NCBI GenBank assembly: GCA_002633005.1
Contig: NMRA01000361.1
Coordinates: 186,001 to 250,000, forward strand
Direction: 5' to 3'
DNA: 64,000 nucleotides
Source: Phoronis australis
Taxonomy: Eukaryota > Animalia > Phoronida
Shown: positions 26,101 to 38,465 of the stretch, one piece after another
How the letters are laid out: each line of letters opens with the position of its first letter
How positions within the stretch are numbered: position 1 is the stretch's first letter
Position numbers and translations under genes: made by a program
The notes under the pieces: model-generated
Seen by the model: the letters and a program-made list of their open reading frames with translations, nothing else
Databases searched by the model: none
What the model was told of the DNA's origin: nothing

Positions 26101-29100
26101 ATTTTTGTTTTATGTTTTTATTTACTTTGGACATTTGATCAGTTCAGCTTCACTGTCAAGATCAGATCTGTGTTGTTCAGTTCATCATTGTTGGCTACCA
26201 AATCGAGACAATACTGCATCTTGCAGTAGAGGGACTTTTTATCTATTAAGTGAAACAACAATTTGCTTATCTATACACTCAGAAACTGGAGATACACTAG
26301 GCTCACTTCTTTCACATGTTAATGCATCATTTCTTGTGTTTACAAATGACAGACATTACATATAAACAGTCTACGTTTGACTCAGTATAATACTTTATAC
26401 CACTGGGACCATCTGTGCTCGTGACTGCCAAATGTTACTTAATTGCAAATCTTCAGATTTAACTCAATGCAAATGGCCAATTTTTAAGTTGAATATTGAG
26501 TAATCTTAGGTGGCCACAGGCATTGTAAAGAACATGAGTATGAGAGCTTTTTTTCTGTCATGGCATCCGAGTTGTAATTCTTCGCTAAATTCTTGTAGAA
26601 ATCTGAGGAGCAATATGAATCCTACAAGCGGGAAGTGGAGGCAATGATGAAGAGACATGATGAGGAAGCGGGAGAGTGGCGTCAGTTCCAACTAGACTTG
26701 CAGAAGGCTGTGGTGATAGCTAACAACATCAAGACAGAAACTCAGGAGGGTATGGAGGAGTTAACGCAGGAGAACCAGGCCCTCAAGCTGAAGGTATGGA
26801 GCTAATGGGGAGTGAGGGTCTAGTGAAGCTGGGAGGGGCACTATACATTGAAATGAAACGGGGGTTAGGGAGAGGGGGTCTATTGAAAAGATGGAGGGTT
26901 AGGCAAGGCATTCAAACAGAAGGTAGGGAGTTCATGCGGAGTGGGGGTCTAGTGAAGCAGGGAGGGAGGTTAGGCTTTGAACTCAAACAGGGATTAAGGG
27001 GAGTGGGGGTCTATTGAAAAGATGGAGGGTTAGGCATAGCATTCAAACAGAAGGTAATGAGTTGACGCGGAGTGGGGGTGTAGTGAAGCAGGGAGGGAGG
27101 TTAGGCTTTGAACTCAAACAGGGGTTAGGGGGAGTGGGGGTCTATTGAAGGGATGGAGGGTTAGACATGGCATTCAAACAAAGGTCAAAGGCAGTCTGAG
27201 GATGTGCTGTTATAAGTAATATTTGGAAAATTGTTTCTTGCAAGTGTTATTTGGATTTTGAGTCTAAGAAGTATGTTTCTTGCAATTATGGTGTAGGCTA
27301 CTAGGAAATGTTGGTGTTCAGTGTTTTATCTATTTGTGGACTAATATATTGTGTGCGGTTTCATTAGGTAAAAGAACTGTCCCAAGACTATGAGAAAACT
27401 GTGTCAGAGTTGGAAGAACTTCGGTGTCAGAAGAGCAGCGGGATGTCACTACTGTCCTCTGAGCTGAAGAAGAAGGTGATCAGTACAGTGGACAAGGAAC
27501 TGCTGCAGCTGAGACAGGGTCAGAGGCCATATGACTCTAGGCAGAGGAGGGAGACTGCCTCAGTGAAGAACATCATTAGGAGTATAGAGGACCAGGTATG
27601 AGGGTTCATGGGAGTTAGGAGGTCAGAGGGCAGGGTCAGAGGCCATGTGATTCTGGGCAGAGGAGGGAGACTGCCTTGTGACTGGAGGATCAGGAAATGA
27701 GAGCTCACAGATGTGAGTGGAGGCAAAAGTGTGTTTGTGCTAAGACTTAGGACAAAAATGAGTGCTGTCCAACAATGAAAAGTAGATATTAAATAACAGG
27801 CTTTACTGACTGACCTCTCCATCTGAGAGGAGCAAGAATGGGGTGAGGAGGAAGTAAACANATGAATACTTTAATGATGCTAGAAAATATTGAGGTGTTT
27901 TTTGATCATAGGATTTTATGTGGAAGTCATCTTAAATCAGTATGTGTGCTATGAAAGAACAATTATGTTAACTATGTGTTGTCCATGAAGGAATTTTTTG
28001 CCATTAACTGTCAAATCTTTTGAATTTCAAACAAAATGACTTTGATTTGTCCGTCCAGAATACAATCCCTAGTGATATCATAACTGTTGGCAACCATGGT
28101 GCAATGGTGGCTTATATGAGTGTACTGCTAAAGTTAACAAATGGCTGGGTTTTGTTCATTGTCAGGTTAAAGGAGGCGGTTCATCAGTGGGCTCTAGTCA
28201 GAGCAGTTCTCGCCGTAACTCCATCGACAGTAATTCCAGTTCCATATGTACCAGCCCGGGTATCAACAATGTCACCTTCAAAACAGAACACAACACCAAA
28301 ACTAACAGTGAGCACAGACGCAGTGTTACGCCCACGGAATCCTCACAACTCAAAGGTAAACTTCGGTTATCTACTCGCTGTGGGAACTGCATTCATGTGA
28401 TGTGAGCTTTATGCATCATCAAAGACAGTTTTAGTTGAACAGCTGCAAGAGAGCGCAATACAATCAGTCAAATTAGGAAATCATACTTCATGGTTAAAGA
28501 TGTTTGGTATTGTCAGTTGAGCTTCGCTTGGTAAGCAAGTTACCAGTTCAATAGTTCATGTGAGCACACAGTTCTGTACTGTGAACTGAGAGTTAGAATA
28601 TTGAATGGTTGTCGTTCAAGTCTGTCCACTACCCATTACATTCACCCGTAGCCCACACTCAGCTCTTAAACAGAGCTGCAGGTCCACCCGAGGGCTCTTC
28701 ACCACTTGGTGAAAAAGATATAAATGAAAAGAATTTGAGGAAAATTCTTGTTCAGTGTGTTTAGTACTTTTCAAATCAAATTACCTTGATACATTTAGAA
28801 AACCGCTAATGGTCTTACTGGTTATATTTTGCCTCAACAACAAATCAAATCGTCTGACATCTACTAGTCTCAGTTTTTTACCTAACGACGTCATCAGGTG
28901 ACACGAATGCCAACCAATGAGCGAAGTGAATGCTTTAGTTCACGAGCACACCACTAGGTAAAAATGAAAACGGTGGAGTGACAAGCGAAGGGTAAAAAGT
29001 CGAATTTTCGAGCGAATAAATTCTTTTGAAGAGATTGATTTGCGAGCAGTTATATTCAACATATTATTTCTGCAGATTATTGTTTTCACACGATTGAAAT

Positions 29101-32100
29101 TTCGACATGTACAGGTTGATATTTGTTGTGCAATTCGAGTGCATGACCTAATTCTACACTTTCATTTTGCGAACTTAGAACCCTGTTTAAGGATTGGTTT
29201 ACCAACTAATTTACCCATTACATCGTCCTCTAGAGATGGCAACCAGTACAGCTGACAAAAGATTTTGAGACGTCGAACTTATACTTTCACAATTTCTTAT
29301 TTTCTGCTTGATGACATTATCTTGTGATTTGGAGACCATGTTATTTACCTACATTGTCATTGGGTATGTTGCTCGCAAATAAAGGATTTCCCTTTTAGTA
29401 AACTGGTCATTTTGGTAGATATTTGTAAGTAATAGATACACAGTGTTTATCAGTTGATGTGGCCAACAGGTGGCATGGCAAGCAGACTTAAAAATGTTTA
29501 CAAGCTGGGTTAATTTATTTGAAGCCAAACATACTCCTTAGTCAATGTCAAATAAGCAGTGTTTATAGCATTAACCTAGTAAGCAGCGCTCCCTGTTCTT
29601 TGACTCTTGTGTTGACACCGTGGTAACTTGCCAACAGGTGTTCTAAAGAAGACGGACAGTAAGGAGAAGCGGTCCTACTATGGACAGAGGTCAGTCATCT
29701 ACGAGAACACGCCCAGTTCTGTGACAGACACCATCAAGGCACCCGCATCCAGAACTGAACCAGATGGACAGGTCTCGTCCATTCTTTCGACGAAACAACA
29801 CAGAAATAGTATAAGGTGGGTTGGGCATGTGGTACTCTCATGGTCGTCACGTGCTTTCACTGTATTTCATAGCTTCATTGAAGGCATTCGTAGTAATTTT
29901 ATTATAGGATGAATTGCTCTTGATTATCTGTTGGTTTCACTCTTATTATTGTTATTCATGCAGGCAAGTATTAGCATTCGGAGACTGACTTGAATCTTCC
30001 ATCTTCAGCTCATACTTACGTATTCAAATGGATATACAAATGCGCTAAATGAATTCCTATTAAGGGATGTGGCAGACACAACAGTACATGTTGCACCTTC
30101 TTTAACATGAATCAGAGTTCCCTCATGTTCCCACTGGTGAAACCCACTCTGATCAGCTTATATTTACCAATGTCTTTCACCAAAGACCCAGGTGAATAAG
30201 TTCAACTAACTTTTGTTATACATCTCTGTGTTATTTTTCCCCACTACTCGTATGCAGCCATGGCAACACCACACAATGTTTAACCATACATGTCTTATCA
30301 CTGATAGCTGATAAACGTGTTCATGATTCCAGTGAACAAGATCCTTTAGCCGATCTTGTCAAGCAGACTGGAGGCTCCAAGAGGAATGCCCTACTCAAGT
30401 GGTGCCAGTCCAAGACCAAAAACTTCAAGGTATTCTGCTCAGTGTTGTCCTTATTACATTACCATGGCAACATGCATTTGTAGCTTGTAAGTTTTAAAAA
30501 ACTTATGTTCTGTCTCTCACGAAATGGTAGGACAACGGGAAAATGTTTAGTATTCAACTGCCTGGCTATTGCTTTCTTGGGTTTTGAAGTTACATTTGGA
30601 ATACTACATTTGACCACAGTTCTGAACTGTTCCACGTGGTCAACTCGATATTTACAAACAATGGTTGTCTTTTCAGCACTTCATTGCTGGTATTTTTAAG
30701 TATGATGTACAATTCATGATCATTAGAATTGGTGCAAGTGTTTATTCCAACGTGACGGTGATTCCTGTCATTTATTCAGCTCTATAGGTGTGTATTATTA
30801 TGTAATTCATGAGAGACTTATGTCCCTTTCAGAATGTGGACGTGACCAACTTCAGTTCAAGTTGGAATGATGGCCTGGCATTTTGTGCTCTGTTGTACAA
30901 CTACATGCCAGAGCAGATACCTTTCAAAGATCTGAACCCAGATGATAAGGTAGTCTCACCACTTTGTCACTTCCTGTCTTATCTTCACACTCACAACTGG
31001 ACACTCTACTATACTCCTTGTATATTACAACCTCAAGGATTATTTTTGTTAATCTGTCCAGTTCCATGATATTAGTTGTCAAATCTTGTGCGGCAGCGGT
31101 ACATTGATACCCAATACAAATTTCATGTTATTTAATTCCATCATAGGGACAGGGAAAAGAATCTTACTCACTGCCTAACTGTGGGTAAATTGAACTTCAC
31201 TTTTAATATTCACTCCAAAATATTTGGCCACAATGCTTAGTCATTTTGAGGTTTGCATGAGTTTTGGAACTTCTTCAGATGTATTTTTTTGCATTTGAGT
31301 ATCTCGACCACAAATTTTCCTTGTGACATTCCATGAGCCCGAGTCATCTTTTCTATCAACTGACACGAGATCAGCCTGCCGCCAGTTCGAGCGTTTATCT
31401 ATAAACGCCATTAAATACAAATGGAACGTCGTATTCAACAATTTTTTAGCACATTTCTGTTCTTATTGGTTAGAACTAAGAATAAATTTGCATGTGTCTT
31501 TGTTACAAGGATACCAAACCGTAGTTTGGTGAATTCGACCAGTCATTGTCCTGTCACCTGCTAATGCATCATTGACGTTCCCACTTGAGTTACCAAAGCG
31601 GGATTGAACTAAAAACTCATGCTCCCTATGTCACCGACACTTTGGATATTATGGTTGGTGGGTGGTCTATCACCATAGTTGCCTCGTAACTTGTCTAAAG
31701 CATAGGTCACGCTTGCCCATTTACCAGACTTACAAACTGAAGGTATATTCAAATTTTGCTATCTTTGCAGCGAAGAAACTTTACAGTGGCATTTCAAGCT
31801 GCGGAGTCTGTAGGCATTCCTCCAATGCTGGTAAGTAGACTGACTGGTTTATTATTTGCGCTACCTCCGTCACTAGTTATTGCATTGTGGGATGTGTTAC
31901 ATCAGGACACAATATAGAGGGAGTGAAGACACGCGCAGATAGGTACTAACAGTAATCAAAATAAACTGATCAGATTATTGCTGAACTCTGCAACATTTTT
32001 GCCAACAGTGAGATGTAAATTATGCAGGATTGAAAGCCTTTAATAACAGATTATACCTGTCCATCCCTTTGGCATATCATCTTGCTCTCTAATGAGTCAT

Positions 32101-32210
32101 TATCCTGGTTTTCATTTCAGAACGTAAACGAGATGGTTTCGATTGAGCGTCCAGACTGGCAATTAGTGATGTCGTATGTGACGGCAATTTACAAGGAGTT
32201 TGAACTTTGA
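23161..32210 (+). CDS. SPECC1L: Cytospin-A-like (SPECC1/SPECC1L family) coiled-coil protein with C-terminal calponin-homology domain; one exon partly lost in an assembly gap
   Basis: Exons: 23161-24529, (gap n at 24891) 24892-25312, 25659-25886, 26599-26793, 27368-27595, 28166-28355, 29638-29815, 30333-30429, 30833-30949, 31771-31830, 32121-32210. Family motifs: [101 protein letters not shown]. Confidence 0.92.
26790..27185 (+). repeat. ~130-bp G-rich tandem repeat x3 starting at a cytospin 5' splice site
   Basis: Units begin GAAGGT at 26790, 26919 and 27050, with AAAGGT at ~27180. They share GGGTCTAGTGAAGC.GGGAGGG and GGAGGGTTAG.CA..GCATTCAAACA. Confidence 0.85.
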
Positions 32211-33262
32211 ACTACCTTCGAGGTGTTACATTCAAGCCTAAAAATGACATGGTGCTTATGAAGTCTGCATGGCGCAGGTTACAAAAAAATGCTAATCCAA
32301 GCAAGATAATTTATGTATTGCTTTGCACGTACTATGAAAATGTGTTCAATAAAATAATTTATGCTTGGAACATGTAATGAAAACTATCCAAGTGTTGTCA
32401 TGGGCTATTTGGCAACAAGCTTTAAAGAACATTGCTGGAGTCCAGCAGAGCCAGGGTGGAGTATATTTTGACGAACTTGATAGATTTTTGTAGCAACGGA
32501 TCTGGAAATTCATCCCCAAAACTCTACAGGACAGTCAGTGTGGCCCTCCGTCAGCACATTCCCCTTCCATATTTGGGGCAAGTTTTGTCAACTGTTTATC
32601 ATGTATTTGAGAATCCCTCAGCATTTCACATGAAATATTTGTAGTCTGCTTATAATTAGTGTTACGGAGATGCTTATAAGCTAATTTATTAGTAGTTAGT
32701 GTAGGTACCACTGGCTGTGTGTGATAAGTATCCATTTTAAACTAGTTGCCTGTAACCATTCTATTGTTTTAGCTCTTCTGTGATATTTGAGTGGTCAAGC
32801 GTATCATATCGAAGGTGACTACTTAAGACATGCTATTTATCAAATTTTGAATCTCGAGAGATTGAAGCCCAAGTTTAAGACATAGTAATGCATGTAAAGT
32901 TGTGCAGATTTGATTTTAACCTGTATTGCATGGAAATTCGTCAATACTTAAGAACCGATTTAGTGTACTTTATTTTTGATAACATGTTTTAGTGGACCAA
33001 GATGGGTAAATTATGTTGTATTGTGTTTTACTATACAAAGTGTGAAATTTGCTTTTGAAACAATAATGTTGTGTTAAATAAAATGATTATTTGTTGCATT
33101 AAAACTTTATTTACAAAAACCATGCATTTTCAGAGCAATGTACATTTTTCGTAAAATGTTCTTTACAGATAGTCCATGTAAGAAGAAAATCCACTTGCAC
33201 ATTCGATTGGCTTAAGCAAAGAAGTCTGTTGACTTGCAGAAAATGTTTACAATGGTTGAGTG

Positions 33263-35722
33263 TCAATCCATTTGCAAAATGATTTCTGTCAAATGACTGT
33301 CACTGATTTGCTCTTCATTGCACAGCCCCATCGCGACACTCAGCTTCATTGCTAGAACATGCTTGCACTGTAAAATCGCCACAAAATAAATTTCAAAACT
33401 TTGGTCACCTACACATGAAATTTACGATCACAGAATTATATATTTAAAAAAAACATTCTTTATGAATGTATCTATTTAGGCCCTTTCCTCACTAATGTCA
33501 ACAGGACAATGTCTAGGAGAGCATTAGTCAGTGGGAGTGCTTAATCTAGAGGATCTCTATGCAGATCGTCAACTTTTTGATACTGTAGGAATGCTTAACT
33601 TAGTTTCATCACAATTATCTTCTGATGTCATCAACAGAAGAGTTGTGGCAAAAATTTGTGAATAATAATCAACATTCTACTACAAAAAGCATTGCGTTTC
33701 AGTTATCCGAAAGTGTACTGGACATCATATTTAAAAATTAGGACATTACTGAACATTTATAATAACGGTAACTGGCCTAGATGGACATTAGAGAGGCAGA
33801 TTAAACCAAAAAAAAAAGAATTGCCGTTGACCTCTCTCATTGATAAAAACATATCTGGCTAGTTTCATAAAGATCCATCAAGGGAATTGTCTAAAAACCA
33901 AACAGAAACATATTGCCACTAGGTGACACAGCAGTAGCTCAGTTTGTCTGTCCTCATTCATTGTTATGTTCTTCGGAACGCACTTTCCCAACTTCATAAA
34001 GATCTTGTTCATGAGATGCAATTGTGGTCAACAGACACACGCAAGACGGACAGACGAACAATAGAAGTGGTGGCAAGACGCACCCACATAATGTTTGTTT
34101 AATATGTGGACACATAAATGGGGTAACTCACAGAGTCGTTACTTAATAAATTACCATGATGCAGTCATTCCTCTGTAATACGGAATACCTATAGGCCAGA
34201 CAGGTACAGTAGTCGGAGTACTGGAGACAGGTGTATGGGGTACCAGTGCTGCCTGTTACCTGCAATTAACATCTGATGAGAAAAAGGCTGGCAACTGAAA
34301 TTTTGAATACCATATCTACAGAATACCTACTTCAATGTGCGATGTTATAATTTAAACAGTGTAAAACAACGCATGTGTACCTTAACCCTGAAGGTTTCAT
34401 AACAATCCACTGACAAAAATTTTACATTTTACTTATCGCATCATATTCTAAGTTTCAAAAAATTTTCACTAGGAAAATCTAAAAAATGGCAGTGAAAGAG
34501 TTACCACGGCTACACCACAGATTGGATAGATAACAGTAAGTGCTTATGCACTTAGACTTGCCACCGCAGTATATCTATTTCAGTTTGACATTGACTAGTT
34601 TGATTTGACATAATTGTTGATAAATGGGACCCACCTGATAGACAAGCCGACCACTGGGGCTGGAGAGCCTAGTCACACCCTTCTTATCTACAATATCCAG
34701 TGCTGGAAGTAGGACTGATTGGAACACAAAGCTGAGCCTGAAAGTAAATAAAGGTACAAGTACATATAGAGTTTTACACTGGGAGGCTTTTATTTCCGAT
34801 ATCTAGACCCCTACTGGGATTTGGAAGAATTATCACCAGAAAGGTTCTAACCTGTCACTTAGACATATGACCCTACTTCCATCAATAATACTAATTTTTC
34901 AATTTTTGTAATAACGGAAATTTTAAAACTTTAATGTAATTAAGATAAACCTACTTACGCTGACAGTAGCTCTGTTGATACTGAAAACAAAATTTAAAAC
35001 TTTTACAATTTACTCAATAGCTATTTTATTAATTATGCTCAAACTAACTTTTCATTTGAATTATGTACAACAACGTTACAACACTGGTCTCAACTTTTTT
35101 CTTACTTGGACAAGAAATAACTTCTTAGCTTGGGAACAAGAAACATTTTGTTACGAATTACAAGGAACCCTCATGGGACATTTCTACATTTTCATAGTAT
35201 AGAAAACCACTGCAACCAAATCAATTTGCATACAGAGCAGCTTGCTTGGGATTTGTGGATTAGAACTTCATCAGTGAGCAAACCTAACAAAACTAGGTTT
35301 GCTGAAACACAGTCTGGCTGCGGGGGGAAAATTGCCGTTACTATACAACCTTTCTCTCAATGGGGAAAAGCAGCTTCAACACTCAAAATTGTTAGTGCCC
35401 ATAGGCTGTCACTTTGTTTATTGTATCACTGAGAAGTACACTATAGACAGATTGCCCCATCACTATTGAATTCATTTACACCATGGGTACATCTTGTGAA
35501 GAAACAGACGAGCAGGGATCCAATATTTAAAACTCGTGAGGAACTCTTCCCTGTTAGCAATAGCAAAACGCTAATATTCATTACAATCTTTGTGTAAAAC
35601 TGACTAACAGTAAAACAACTTTGAACGGTATCTCAGTGGTACAGCCTACTATACTTACGGCACCGCTCTTTCTCATAAAACAGTTTAACTTCTTCAAACA
35701 GCTGGTTAGCCACTTCCTTCAT
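33263..35722 (-). CDS. ZSWIM7: Zinc finger SWIM domain protein 7 (SWS1, Shu complex), 5 coding exons, ~132 aa
   Basis: Mostly missed by the ORF track. Exons: 35659-35722 (acceptor at 35742), 34959-34980 (22-nt microexon), 34635-34737, 34155-34259, 33263-33367. They splice in frame to MKEVANQLFEEVK...ALSFVFQSVLLPALDIVDKKGVTRLSSPSGRLVYQVTGSTGTPYTCLQYSDYCTCLAYRYSVLQRNDCIMCKHVLAMKLS...QMD*, which carries the SWIM CxC-x15-CxH motif. Confidence 0.92.
33830..34110. repeat. Interspersed repeat family B (related at ~2740-3460, ~8860-9160, ~58380-58800)
   Basis: Shared TGCCACTAGG(G/T)GA(C/T)ACAGC and TTCCCAC(T/C)AGA(T/G)GGAGCAACA blocks. This copy also has TTTCATAAAGATC subrepeats and a GACGGACAGACG tail. 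Confidence 0.45.
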
Positions 35723-37070
35723 GCGGACGCCCTGTTGTTTAGCTGAAACACATAAATACAACACCAGATGTACTCTTAATATTTTCAAAACGTTGAGCAG
35801 CTTACAGGTTTCAAAATACACTTACTTTGAAAGGTGACTCAAATGTTATCCGTAGTAGTAATAATCTTTACTTAATAGTCAGTGAGGTTTAACAATGAAA
35901 CATAAGCACAAGTGCTATTATCCGACAATTTCAAAAAAAATACAAACTCAAACTAAAGAAACTTAAACTACAAGCTAATTATACAAGTACAGGTAAAATA
36001 CAGAACTTTTAACTTAAATACAAAAGTGCGTCTACAAGTTATGGGGGGTGTAAATGCTGTCAGAAATGTCCTATGATGAATTTGGACAGGGGGTACTCAA
36101 CTATATTTTATTTTTTTACAGGGGATGCATGCGAAAAAATAGAAAACAGTCCATTTAGAGATTGAACAAGGGATTCATTTGAAGGGGGCTCCAATGAAAA
36201 AGTCTTCCTTTTATAAAAGTTTGCTTAAGATTAATATCAATGCTTTCTAATGATTTTTAACCCATTAGGAGCTTGAAGCAATGGAAGGATAGATGCCATG
36301 TTGTTAAAATGAGCATATTATCTTTTGCAACCAAATTATGATAGGCAAGGTCAAATAAAAACATATTTCTCCCGGCTTATTTTGAAACCTCAGACGCACA
36401 ACTTAAGAAACACCTGCATGCATAATTTCTCGATCTTTCTAAGGCAACACAAATGCATTTCAGCTAGTTTTTAAGGGGCTCCAACAGTTTTAATTGATTC
36501 TTTATATTTTACCAGTCGATTTGACTTTAAATGGGAACGTAACCTTTCGTAGACATTTTTGGACAATTTGGCATATTTTGCTTGATCTGAAATGTATTTT
36601 GAATCTTTTAGTCGATTTTTTATCAAAACTATATCTACCATATAAAGACCCCTAGCGATTTCTGAACTGGGCTCGCCAAATAACTCGAATAGGTCAAGGT
36701 ATGCGGCAACAGCTAAGTCAACTTAAGTAAGTCGTTGAGCAAAAATTAGGAAATTACTTTTTGCATTTTTGTAAGATGGCCATATGCCATGTACGTCACT
36801 AAATAACCTCCTTAAATTTTAGAGTTTTTTGCATTTGTTTGTCGTCTTAGTCATCACTCGAAGACAATTTGATGTGATCAAATGAAAGAACATATTCAAA
36901 GATTTGCTCGATGCTGACTTATATGAATAGAAAATTATGAGAATACCGATTCTTAGTGTCCAACCTTTATGTTTTATTACAGTGAGTTGTGTCAGTGGTA
37001 ATCGAGTAATATACTGGGGAACCCAATGTTCGTCCGCCTAAGCATAAAACCGACTTGCTGTTGTACTCAC

Positions 37071-37216
37071 CGAATTATTCCACTTCAAAGTTATGATCTG
37101 AATAGGATTCGATTTAACTCTCACAGATACACCGCATTCATCGATTCGGAAGTTTTCTTTAATTTGTGCCGAGTTATTTCAAATGTGCACTGCCTTCGGC
37201 AGCCATTTTATTGTGA
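37071..37216 (-). other. Probable non-coding first exon of ZSWIM7 (5' end runs into gap)
   Basis: Strong donor TCG|GTGAGT at 37071/37070 on the minus strand. The segment is relatively CpG-rich and has an AAAATGGCTGCC YY1-like motif. No continuous ATG-initiated frame joins the coding exon. Confidence 0.45.
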
Positions 37217-38242
37217 NNNNNNNNNNNNNNNNNNNNNNNNNNNNNNNNNNNNNTGTGAAGAAACAGACGAGCAGGGATCCAATATTTAAAACTCGTGAGG
37301 AACTCTTCCCTGTTAGCAATAGCAAAACGCTAATATTCATTACAATCTTTGTGTAAAACTGACTAACAGTAAAACAACTTTGAACGGTATCTCAGTGGTA
37401 CAGCCTACTATACTTACGGCACCGCTCTTTCTCATAAAACAGTTTAACTTCTTCAAACAGCTGGTTAGCCACTTCCTTCATGCGGACGCCCTGTTGTTTA
37501 GCTGAAACACATAAATACAACACCAGATGTACTCTTAATATTTTCAAAACATTGAGCAGCTTACAGTTTTCAAAATACACTTACCTTGAAAGCTGACTCA
37601 AATATCATTCGTAGTAGTAATAATCTTTATTTAAAAGTCAATGAGGTTTAAAAATGAAACATTAGCACAAGTGCTAATATTTGATAATTTCAAAAAAAAA
37701 CTACAAACTCATCAAACTAAAGAAACTTAAACTACAAGTTAATTATACAAGTACATGCAAAATACAGAGCTTTTAACTTAAATACAAAAGTGCGTGTACA
37801 AGTTATGGGGGGTATAAATGCTGTCACATATGATGAATTTGGAGAGGGGGTACTCAACTATATTTTATTTCTTTACAGGGGATGCATGCAAAAAAAATAG
37901 GAAACCGTCCATTTAGAGAGTGAACAAGGGATTCATTTGAAGGGGGCTTCAATGAAAAAGTCTTCCTTTTATAAAAGTTTGTTTAAGATTAATTTCAATG
38001 CTTTCTTATGATTTTTAATCCATTACGAGCCTGAAGCAATGGAAGGATAGATGCCATGTTGATTATGATAGGTAAGGTCAAATAAAAACATATTTCTCCC
38101 GGCTTATTTTGAAACCTCAGATGCAAAGCTTAAGAAACACCTGCATGCATAATTTCTCGATCTTTAATTCTAAGGCAACACAAATGCATGTTAGCTTGTT
38201 TTTAAGGAGCTCCAACAGTCTTAATTGATTCTTTATTTTTGA

Positions 38243-38465
38243 TGTTATAACTTAACTTTCATTTTTATCAGCCCTGCCCAGTCAGTCTAGATACCATCTG
38301 ATCGGAGATTAGAGCAATTATCGAACAAAAGAGCGCAGGCCCTCCAACCATAAATGCCAGAATGGAGTTAATCAGTCGTGTAAGATATTGGCTAATGGGG
38401 TAAACTTCCCAACTTGTTGTTGGGCCATAGAATCGAACAATTTGGGAGCAACGGGATGTCGCCGT
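38243..38465 (+). repeat. Interspersed repeat family C, copy 2
   Basis: Aligns by eye to 9721-9929 in the same orientation. Confidence 0.8.

Noticed and set aside
37392-37580. Second ZSWIM7 exon copy as a paralogous gene
   Set aside because: Only one exon is duplicated and the copy is gap-bounded, so an allelic haplotig is more likely.
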